Positions 19,111-26,173 of a DNA stretch of 41,709 nucleotides are shown here, piece by piece. The notes below the pieces were generated by a model, which had not been told where the DNA came from, did not search any database, and saw only the letters and a program-made list of their open reading frames with translations. A program made the translations under genes and the position numbers. The DNA is from Bacillota bacterium. Its GTDB lineage: Bacteria > Bacillota > Proteinivoracia > UBA4975. Within the stretch, counting starts at the first letter, position 1. Every line of letters starts with the position of its first letter. The DNA is taken from NCBI GenBank assembly GCA_012727415.1, contig JAAYHI010000023.1, positions 1 to 41,709 of the forward strand, read 5' to 3'.

Positions 19111-20040
19111 ATGCAAAAGATAAAAGGACTGCTCGATAACCTGAATAAGGTGCTGATTGGGAAAGAAGCGGTGGTGGAGATGGTGGCAGTGGCCCTGATT
19201 TGCCAGGGCCATGTCCTGGTAGAGGACGTGCCCGGCCTGGGCAAGACCATGCTGGTCAAGGGGCTGGCCCGTTCCCTGGGCTGCAAGTTCAGCCGCATTC
19301 AGTTTACCCCGGACTTGTTGCCCTCCGACGTGGTGGGCGTGCAGGTCTACAATCAGAAGACCATGGAGTTCCAGTACCGGCCCGGCCCCGTCATGGCAAA
19401 TATAGTGCTGGCAGACGAGATCAACCGCACCTCCCCCAAGACCCAGTCCAGCTTGCTGGAAGCCATGGAGGAACGTCAGCTTACGGTGGACGGCGAGACG
19501 CGGCCTCTGCCCGAGCCCTTTATGGTCCTGGCCACCCAAAACCCCATTGAATATGAGGGAACCTTTCCCCTGCCCGAAGCTCAGCTGGACCGGTTTTTGC
19601 TGCGGCTGCAGATAGGTTACCCTTCCCCGGACAATGAAGTGCAAATTATCCGCACCCAGGAGCATGGGGAGCATCCCCTTGATGACCTGGACCAGGTGCT
19701 GTCCATTGAAGAGCTGCAGTCTATCCAGAGAGAGGCGGCAAATGTTTCTCTCAGCGACAGCCTGGCGGCATATATAGTAGAATTGTGTAAACGCACCCGC
19801 AACAATTCCAGCCTCTACCTGGGGGCCAGCCCCCGGGGATCCCTGGGCCTGGCGCGCACAGCAAAGGCCTTGGCCTGGTTGCGGGGCCGCGACTATGTCC
19901 TTCCCGATGACATCAAGGCCATGGCCGTTCCCGTTCTTGCCCACAGGGTCATCCTCAACCCCGAGGAAAAACTGCAGGGGCAGACAGCCGAGGATGTCAT
20001 TCGCAAGATTATCAATACTGTTTACGTCCCAACCCGGTAA
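19111..20040 (+). CDS. MoxR-family AAA+ ATPase (second copy)
   Basis: 'LVEDVPGLGKT', 'IVLADEINRTSPKTQSSLLEAMEE' and 'FMVLATQNPIEYEGTFPLPEAQLDRF'. Confidence 0.93.
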   Translation: MQKIKGLLDNLNKVLIGKEAVVEMVAVALICQGHVLVEDVPGLGKTMLVKGLARSLGCKFSRIQFTPDLLPSDVVGVQVYNQKTMEFQYRPGPVMANIVLADEINRTSPKTQSSLLEAMEERQLTVDGETRPLPEPFMVLATQNPIEYEGTFPLPEAQLDRFLLRLQIGYPSPDNEVQIIRTQEHGEHPLDDLDQVLSIEELQSIQREAANVSLSDSLAAYIVELCKRTRNNSSLYLGASPRGSLGLARTAKALAWLRGRDYVLPDDIKAMAVPVLAHRVILNPEEKLQGQTAEDVIRKIINTVYVPTR

Positions 20041-20061
20041 TACTACTGAGGGAGGATACAG

Positions 20062-21522
20062 ATGAAAAGACCAGTAATAGTAATAGATTTCGACGGCCAC
20101 TACAGCGGCCTGGCCAGAAGCATCCGCAAACTCAAGATCTGGTCGGAAGTATTGCCCTGCCATGCAACCCTGGAGGAAATTGCAGCCCGCAAGCCCCTGG
20201 CCCTTATTGTCGCCGGGGACGGGGCAGCATTAACCCCGGAACTGTTGAGCCGGGGCTGGCCGCTGCTGGTCCTGGGCCAGGGAGTAAAGCTGCTGGCAAG
20301 ACTTACCGGGGGGAACCCCGTTGAACAAGGAAGCATCCACTCCACAGAACTTAACAGTACTGACCCCCTCTTTGCCGACTTTCCGGAAGCCATTGAGCTC
20401 AGGGGGAAAGTCCAGGCCCCTCCCGGCTTTGATGTCATTGCCGGTACAGCCACTGAGGCAATAGCTGTTGCCGATAAAAACAGAAAGCTATATGGCCTGG
20501 AATTCCATCCCGCCCCCCAGCAGACCGACATTCTCCTGGCCAACTTTCTGCAGGGAATTTGCGGCCTGCAGCCCAACTGGTCTGCGGGGGAATATATTGA
20601 CCAAGCCGTAGAAGCCATCAGGGTGCAAGTAGGCAAGGAAAAAGTCATCTGCGGCCTCAGCGGCGGCGTCGATTCCGCTGTCGCTGCCGCCCTGGTGCAC
20701 CGGGCAGTGGGGGACCAACTGACCTGCTTTTTTGTGGACCACGGTCTGCTCCGCCAGGATGAGGCCGGAGAAGTCATGAAGGCCTTTGCTGGCAAGGGCA
20801 TCAAGGTCCTGCAGATCGACGCCCGCCAGAGATTCCTGAAGGCCTTGAAAGGCGTTGCCGATCCTGAGGCTAAGCGCAAAATAATCGGCCAACAGTTTAT
20901 CCGGGAATTTGAAGCCGCCGCCAGGCAATTGGGGGATGCCAAGTTCCTGGTGCAGGGCACCGTCTACGCCGATGTCATCGAAAGCGGCAGCGGCGATGCC
21001 GTTGCCGTCAAGAGCCATCACAATGTGGGCGGCCTCCCTGAAGAGATGAAATTTGAGCTCTGCGAGCCATTGCGGGAACTGTTTAAGGATGAAGTGCGGG
21101 AGGTGGGCCTGCAACTGGGGCTGTCCGAGAAAATAGTCTGGCGCCAGCCCTTTCCTGGCCCCGGCTTGGGGATTCGGGTGCTGGGAGAAGTCACAGAAGA
21201 GCGCCTAAACATAGTGCGGCATGCTGATGCCATCGTCAGGGAGGAAATGGCCGCCGCCGGCCTCGAGCGGGAAGTTTGGCAGTACTATGCCGCCCTTCCC
21301 AACGTCCGCAGCGTCGGCGTCAAAGGCGGCCGCCGCACCTACATGGAATTGGTGGCAGTGCGCGCCGTCACCAGCATCGACGCCATGACTGCTGAGTGGG
21401 CCAGGCTCCCCTGGGAGGTCCTGGAGCGCATCTCCCGGCGCATACTCAGTGAAGTGGACCAGGTCAACCGGGTGGTATACGACATCACCCCCAAACCCCC
21501 CGGCACCATCGAATGGGAATAG
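20062..21522 (+). CDS. guaA: GMP synthase; ATP-pyrophosphatase and dimerisation domains intact, N-terminal amidotransferase domain degenerate
   Basis: 'CGLSGGVDSAVAAALVHRAVGDQLTCFFVDHGLLR', 'KSHHNVGGLPE', 'VWRQPFPGPGLGIRVLGEVT' and the C-terminal 'ITPKPPGTIEWE' are near-identical to canonical GuaA. See the findings for the N-terminal domain. Confidence 0.93.
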   Translation: MKRPVIVIDFDGHYSGLARSIRKLKIWSEVLPCHATLEEIAARKPLALIVAGDGAALTPELLSRGWPLLVLGQGVKLLARLTGGNPVEQGSIHSTELNSTDPLFADFPEAIELRGKVQAPPGFDVIAGTATEAIAVADKNRKLYGLEFHPAPQQTDILLANFLQGICGLQPNWSAGEYIDQAVEAIRVQVGKEKVICGLSGGVDSAVAAALVHRAVGDQLTCFFVDHGLLRQDEAGEVMKAFAGKGIKVLQIDARQRFLKALKGVADPEAKRKIIGQQFIREFEAAARQLGDAKFLVQGTVYADVIESGSGDAVAVKSHHNVGGLPEEMKFELCEPLRELFKDEVREVGLQLGLSEKIVWRQPFPGPGLGIRVLGEVTEERLNIVRHADAIVREEMAAAGLEREVWQYYAALPNVRSVGVKGGRRTYMELVAVRAVTSIDAMTAEWARLPWEVLERISRRILSEVDQVNRVVYDITPKPPGTIEWE

Positions 21523-21561
21523 TATCAAGAAAGGCAAAAACCCCGATGTTCCGGGGTTTTT
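21508..21561. repeat. Direct repeat copy 1: last guaA codons (IEWE-stop) plus the guaA terminator (att-like)
   Basis: ATCGAATGGGAATAGTATCAAGAAAGGCAAAAACCCCGATGTTCCGGGGTTTTT. By hand alignment it matches 25876-25929 at 34 of the first 39 positions and in the 3' stem half CGGGGTTTT. Confidence 0.8.
21536..21561 (+). terminator. Rho-independent (bidirectional) terminator of guaA
   Basis: AAAAACCCCG-ATGTTC-CGGGGTTTTT. The A-run and T-run flanks let it also terminate the convergent minus-strand ORF 21636-21872. Confidence 0.85.
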
Positions 21562-21635
21562 GACCTTATAAGTGGGATTGATAACAAAATGATAACATTA
21601 ATTTTTTTGGGGTAATGATATCGTGGATACCGGGT

Positions 21636-21872
21636 TTACTTTTTTACTAATTGACTAATGGCAAAAAGAACCGCTAAAACAATGCCCCATTCCCATAAAG
21701 AGGGAAACGTAAGTATGATTATTATTGCGGCTATAATTGACGCTAAGATTGGGGCATGACGACGAAACCATTTTGTCAATACGAGTGCAGACAAAAATGC
21801 CATCAGGATTGCTTTTGGTGTTAAGAATTCATCACGAACAAAATTTTTAAATATCGCAGCTATCTCATCCAC
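21636..21872 (-). CDS. Small two-TM membrane protein, unknown function
   Basis: 78 aa, GTG start with AAGGGTG upstream. It has two clear hydrophobic helices ('AILMAFLSALVLT', 'ILASIIAAIIIILTF...GIVLAVLFAI'). AT-rich codon usage marks it as island DNA. Confidence 0.45.
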   Translation of the reverse strand: MDEIAAIFKNFVRDEFLTPKAILMAFLSALVLTKWFRRHAPILASIIAAIIIILTFPSLWEWGIVLAVLFAISQLVKK

Positions 21873-21911
21873 ACTATCACCCTTTTAAGACGTCTATTAT
21901 TACGCCAATAG

Positions 21912-22379
21912 CTACTTGAAAGGATGTGATCGCCATTCCTCTAGCCATTTTACCAATGTGCTGCCTACAGCACATAAATAGCTAATCCGGTCTGGGTCTG
22001 CGCAGTATGTGTTTATACTTTCAATGTTACCGACAGTTGCGAAGAGATTATCTACTCAGGTTGCAGCTCTGCTGGGTTAAGAGAACAGTATATTGGGAAA
22101 CTCTTCCGTCCCTTCTAGGCTTTCTTGTTTATTACAGAGCCATTCATCAAGCAAAAATTCAATTGAATCCTTTTCGATATATTCGATATATATGTAGAAG
22201 AGCGAAGCAATCCCGGAGTTATCAAAGAGGCTCTTTCTTTTCCAGAGTGTCCGCTCGAATCTGTAATTATCTGCAGCAACTGCTAGTGTCCAGAATAATC
22301 CTGTCGAGTGATAGCGGATTGTTAAATTGCAAAGGTATACATTATGAAGCGGACGTGGGAGCGCATTTAGAGTTATATA
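21912..22379 (-). pseudogene. Decayed minus-strand gene (fragments in different frames, no usable start)
   Basis: Hand translation of the minus strand gives a roughly 100-codon open frame at 22080-22379 ('...ADNYRFERTLWKRKSLFDNSGIASLFYIYIEYIEKDSIEFLLDEWLCNKQESLEGTEEFPNILFS*'). It has no ATG/GTG/TTG in its first ~70 codons. A second protein-like frame lies at 21912-22049 ('NLFATVGNIESINTYCADPDRISYLCAVGSTLVKWLEEWRSHPFK*'). Family not recognised. Confidence 0.35.
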
Positions 22380-22566
22380 TTATTAGGTCCGAGTGGAAAA
22401 GATCGTTTATTTGCGCGTCTTATTTTTTTGAGAGCAACTAATCCTGAGTAGCGGAAGAAATAGCCCTCAATTTTGCATTATTCATGGACGTACCTATCTG
22501 GGGGGGGACATAAAAACGGCGGAGCATAATCCAACAACAATGTCGAAATTTGTATTGAGGAAATTG

Positions 22567-22595
22567 TTGACAATCCCCCAAAAGTAAGGTATGCT
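22567..22595 (+). promoter_or_regulatory. Strong sigma-A-type promoter (TTGACA-17-TATGCT)
   Basis: Perfect -35 TTGACA at 22567-22572, a 17-nt spacer and -10 TATGCT at 22590-22595, about 140 nt upstream of the peptidase gene. Confidence 0.55.
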
Positions 22596-22736
22596 GAGAA
22601 TATAAAGTCAAAGGAGATGGATATTTTTTAGTCGCCATTACTATTATACAATCTTTACGTCCAAGATACACTTTTTGTCTATATGTGCCTAAACATATAA
22701 ACAAAAAATAATATCTAGTATAAAGGAGGTCCCCCA

Positions 22737-23420
22737 TTGAAGGTACTGTTATTAAGTCTTAGTTTGTTGCTCGTTTTCTTACCCACTGCAAATGCACTAA
22801 TTGAACCGGAACAAGCCCCTGATTATTATTCACTTGAGTATCAGACTATATTAGCATCACAATCTGATTCTTTAGTGTCCCCACAATCTTTAAGAGGTTA
22901 TAGCTTTAAGTTTCTGGATGTTCCTGTCTATAGTCAACAACAAACCAACTGGTGTGGCCCAGCATCGACGAAAATGACCATTCATAGTATAAATGGATCT
23001 AGTCCTTCTCAATCCGTTCTCGCTGAAGAAACCGATGCGGATCCAAAGGGGTCATATGTTTACCTGATTGAGAGGTCCTTAAATAAATATATCGCAGGGA
23101 AACCATACAAATATTATACAATAAAAGATGTTAATCTAATTAATAAAAGTGTTCAATCCTTCCAAAACGGGCTGCCAGTGATTTATCGCCTAAAAACGAA
23201 GAACTTGCCAGGTTATGGGGCACATGATACTACTCATTATGTTGTCGGGACAGGGTACTTTGTTGCCTGGGACGAAACTGGAACTATTCGGAATGATGTC
23301 TGGTACAATGACCCTAATGGTTACCGTGCAGGATGCCTAGGAGAGCATATTATACCGTTCAGCACCTTAGAAAACGCTGTTCGAAGAGCTGGAGACGGTT
23401 GGTTCATTCCAAAAAAATAA
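22737..23420 (+). CDS. Secreted papain-fold cysteine peptidase (C39-like / C47-like)
   Basis: Signal peptide 'MKVLLLSLSLLLVFLPTANA'. The nucleophile block is 'VPVYSQQQTNWCGPASTKM' (Gln, then Cys73). 'THYVVGTGY' carries His167 and 'VWYNDP' carries Asn/Asp191-192, in the Q-C-H-N/D order and spacing of papain-like peptidases. TTG start follows RBS AAAGGAGG. Confidence 0.7.
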   Translation: MKVLLLSLSLLLVFLPTANALIEPEQAPDYYSLEYQTILASQSDSLVSPQSLRGYSFKFLDVPVYSQQQTNWCGPASTKMTIHSINGSSPSQSVLAEETDADPKGSYVYLIERSLNKYIAGKPYKYYTIKDVNLINKSVQSFQNGLPVIYRLKTKNLPGYGAHDTTHYVVGTGYFVAWDETGTIRNDVWYNDPNGYRAGCLGEHIIPFSTLENAVRRAGDGWFIPKK

Positions 23421-23539
23421 TGATATTGATTTTTTATTAGTTATCCGTGAAGGCTGATCTTTGAATGGCTATTGTTAAGACACCGCTTGTTCGGAGGCTA
23501 TAAACAAAATGATACTTCGTGAAGTAGAGGAGGGTCCCC

Positions 23540-24676
23540 TTGAAAAATATTTTTCTCTTTTTCTTGCTTTCCATTATGTGTATTACCTTGGTGGGATGCT
23601 CCAGTACTAGGCCTTTGGTCTTAGAAGTGGTCGACACTCCTTCGATAGAGTACGAGGAAGTTCTCTTTACCTCACTGTATAATACGCTTGATAGCTCGGC
23701 GTTGACTGTACTAGGTTTTTGTGAGGACAGTCTATATTTTGCAGAGAACATCTGGGAGGAACAGCCGATAGCGCAAAGTCTTAATAAATATAATATTAGT
23801 TCAGGACTTATTGAAACAGTTTTTTCATTTCCTCAGAGTCCGCCTCTTGCCTTAATGTCACTGGTAGTCCAGGACGACGCTCTGTATTTTTCTGCATTTA
23901 ATAGTAGGACACAGGATCAATATTATATCTATAAATATGATAGTCAGTTAACTTTACTGGCAGAAGGTTATTTAACTCACCCACTCAGCACCCCAGACTT
24001 AGTTGAGTACAAAGACAGTTTGTTATTTATTGACGAATATTATTTAGATGATAATTATTATTATCGGGTTAATCAAATAGCTGAAGGTAAGTGCTCAGAG
24101 ATAATATCAGATCGGTCTTCAGATAGTGACTCCGTTGCCGTCGTTGTGTCCTCTTTAACCGCTAACACGAATTATTTTGCCTATTCTGTTACCACTGCGG
24201 ATAGCACCCGAGTATATATTGCACAGGATAGCGCTATCTTTAAGGAATTTACCATTGAATTTCGTGTGGGCGAGATAGCCTTTTTGGACGAATATATTCT
24301 GATTCCTTATTATGCTGGAGACTTAGAGCACCCTCGAAATATTGAGGAAGGTATAATGTTAATTGAAGTGAATAAGGATACTCGCTACCAACTGGAGGCT
24401 TTTAATAACCGTTTGTATGATTTCTGCCCTATCAATGATAGCATTGTCTTTGCTGATATATATAAGGACTTAAGCAATTCGAAAGAAAACTACGTGCCTT
24501 ATCTACTCAGTGCTGAGGAGGGAACATTATATGCGGCAAAACTGGATAAAAGCAAATTGCCTAATCAGCCTGTTTTCGCTGCAAGGCTAGACGATACTGA
24601 GTTCCTAATGTTTAATTGGTCTCTTGAGAACGATCAATTACAAGCGGTACGGGTTAGAGTTAAATGGCAGAATTGA
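23540..24676 (+). CDS. Lipoprotein with repeated beta-propeller-like blades (DUF5050-like)
   Basis: Lipobox 'ITLVGC|SS'. Six or seven repeats of a 'D-x-hydrophobic-(Y/F)F ... Y(I/R)Y' unit occur, e.g. 'DALYFSAFNSRTQDQYYIYKYD', 'DSLLFIDEYYLDDNYYYRVN' and 'DSIVFADIYKDL'. TTG start follows RBS GAGGAGGG. Confidence 0.65.
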   Translation: MKNIFLFFLLSIMCITLVGCSSTRPLVLEVVDTPSIEYEEVLFTSLYNTLDSSALTVLGFCEDSLYFAENIWEEQPIAQSLNKYNISSGLIETVFSFPQSPPLALMSLVVQDDALYFSAFNSRTQDQYYIYKYDSQLTLLAEGYLTHPLSTPDLVEYKDSLLFIDEYYLDDNYYYRVNQIAEGKCSEIISDRSSDSDSVAVVVSSLTANTNYFAYSVTTADSTRVYIAQDSAIFKEFTIEFRVGEIAFLDEYILIPYYAGDLEHPRNIEEGIMLIEVNKDTRYQLEAFNNRLYDFCPINDSIVFADIYKDLSNSKENYVPYLLSAEEGTLYAAKLDKSKLPNQPVFAARLDDTEFLMFNWSLENDQLQAVRVRVKWQN

Positions 24677-24784
24677 CAAATTGTATCCTCTGAAATAGCA
24701 TCTTTCAATACTAACATGCTCCCCTTTGGGTAAACACCTGAATTAACAATAATTCAGGACTACGCAAAGGGGGGGTTTCAGTAA

Positions 24785-25198
24785 GAAACAATTAGCTACC
24801 TGACCACCCTAGGGCTTTCTCACATCAGGGACAATCTCTACCAGTTGTTGCCGGATATAACCGGCGGAGAAGTTTCTTACCTGCAATTTCTACACAGTCT
24901 CGCCAAAGAAGAGATTACAGCTAGGGAGAAAAGGTCCAGGGACCGCCGTTTGAATTCGGCAGACTTCCCCTACATCGGGACCCCTGACGACTATGACTAT
25001 AGCTTCAACAACTCGGTATCTAAACGCCAAATTACTCAGCTATTAGACTTGTCCTGGGTTGAAGCTGCCTACAACATAGGATTTCTTGGCCCCTCAGGTG
25101 TAGGGAAGACACACCTTGCTGTCACTCTTGGAATCCACGCGGTGGAATCTTCTCGATCACCTGTGGACCTTAGTAATATTGTTTTTACCGTCCATTAG
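24785..25198 (+). mobile_element. IS21-family istB (helper ATPase) remnant, truncated at both ends
   Basis: 'LSHIRDNLYQLLPDITGGEVSYLQFLHSLAKEEITAREKRSRDRRLNSADFPYIGTPDDYDYSF...LDLSWVEAAYNIGFLGPSGVGKTHLAVTLGIHAVES' matches the IstB N-terminal region and Walker A. There is no ATG (a stop lies at 24782-24784). Similarity ends near 25150, before Walker B. No istA is present. Confidence 0.75.
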
Positions 25199-25342
25199 CT
25201 CTTTACCAAGGGGACTATCAATTGTTTTTACGCTTATCGTCGGTGTAGCTTTTGCTTTTATATTGATAAATGTAACGTTCCATCCATGGAAAAAGAATTT
25301 GGGTAATTAGAGAATAAAGTCGCCATCCTCTATTTGCGCAGT

Positions 25343-25366
25343 AAAAACCCCGATATTTGGGGTTTT
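25343..25366. repeat. Third, partial copy of the guaA terminator hairpin (also a plausible terminator)
   Basis: AAAAACCCCGAT-ATTT-GGGGTTTT. The first 12 nt are identical to 21536-21547. Confidence 0.6.
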
Positions 25367-25875
25367 ACTGTGCGTATGCTGTGTGTGTTTTTGACATGGA
25401 TCCTTGATACTCGAATTCATATAAGCCTCCAAGGCCCCCACTACAAAAAACTCGGATTAAAGGGGGAAAGCAATTCCACATTGCTGCGGACTTACACGTG
25501 CCTATTGAAACCATTTTGCATTCAATTTTTTACTCTCAAGGCGCGTTGCTGGACGAATTAAAGGCAATTATTTTATTCGCTAAAAAGGATAGACGCAAAA
25601 AATACCGGGAAATACGTGCCAGAAGGATCTTCCAGTTTTTATGACGACGATTCAAAATGTCGATGTCCTGGTAACTTGGATGCGGATTTTTCGGTCGTAG
25701 AAATCGAAGGCCAGAGATATTGACGCCGTCCGCGTCGTATCTGCTTTGTGGGGCTATCTCGCCCGTAGCGTGTAACAAAAACAATGTAAACCAAAATAAT
25801 AGAGAGAAATTAGCCCAAATATAACCCTAGAGCAGGTGAAAAATACCTCGAAACACCTGGTATTAATACCGGATT

Positions 25876-25929
25876 ATTGAATGGGAATAAGAGCAAGAAA
25901 GCCAAAAACCCCGAAAACATCGGGGTTTT
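25876..25929. repeat. Direct repeat copy 2: degenerate duplicate of the guaA 3' end plus terminator (att-like)
   Basis: ATTGAATGGGAATAAGAGCAAGAAAGCCAAAAACCCCGAAAACATCGGGGTTTT. It still reads I-E-W-E-stop in frame, but the sequence upstream of it is unrelated AT-rich DNA. Confidence 0.8.
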
Positions 25930-26173
25930 AGCATTTAGGGTCTTGAGAATACTGGTAATATATAGATATCATTGACAAAATATTATACTTCTATATTGCT
26001 GCAAAGTCAACCGGATTTACATAGGGGTTTTACTGGAAGGGAATCCAAACAATTCCTCGAATACTTGATTCAGACCTTTACGGAAAGAGAGGGGATATAA
26101 TGAAAGACTAATAAAATAGTTACTATGAAATGAATCGTTCCATAAATTAGAAATGAAGGGTGGGATAGACTAA

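Noticed and set aside
22007-22441. Plus-strand 144-aa ORF in the island.
   Set aside because: It has an implausible Cys/Arg/Tyr-rich composition and no RBS. The opposite strand carries protein-like but broken frames, so this is treated as the shadow of a decayed minus-strand gene.
22438-22737. Minus-strand 99-aa ORF ending at the peptidase start.
   Set aside because: It covers the strong plus-strand promoter and leader of the peptidase gene. Its composition is odd (Cys/Trp/Tyr-rich) and it has no RBS, so it is more likely non-coding leader DNA.
24737-24758. Perfect 9-bp hairpin CCTGAATTA-ACAA-TAATTCAGG between the lipoprotein gene and the istB remnant.
   Set aside because: It is not followed by a T-run. 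It could be a weak terminator or an IS-related end, but neither can be supported from sequence alone.
25116-25561. Small plus-strand ORFs 25116-25310 and 25334-25561.
   Set aside because: They have no RBS and lie in the debris zone after the istB remnant. The first may be the orphan C-terminal tail of a deleted membrane-protein gene. Neither can be supported as a gene.
25536-25784. Minus-strand 82-aa ORF next to the att-like repeat, considered as a possible integrase or recombinase remnant.
   Set aside because: I could not find any tyrosine- or serine-recombinase motif (no R..HxxR..Y pattern and no catalytic Ser block). Only a blastx search could rescue it.
25859-25870. Perfect 12-nt palindrome GGTATTAATACC, 5 nt left of repeat copy 2. 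It was considered as a recombinase-binding inverted repeat.
   Set aside because: AT-rich 12-nt palindromes are expected about once by chance in several kb of AT-rich DNA. No second copy occurs near the other repeat.
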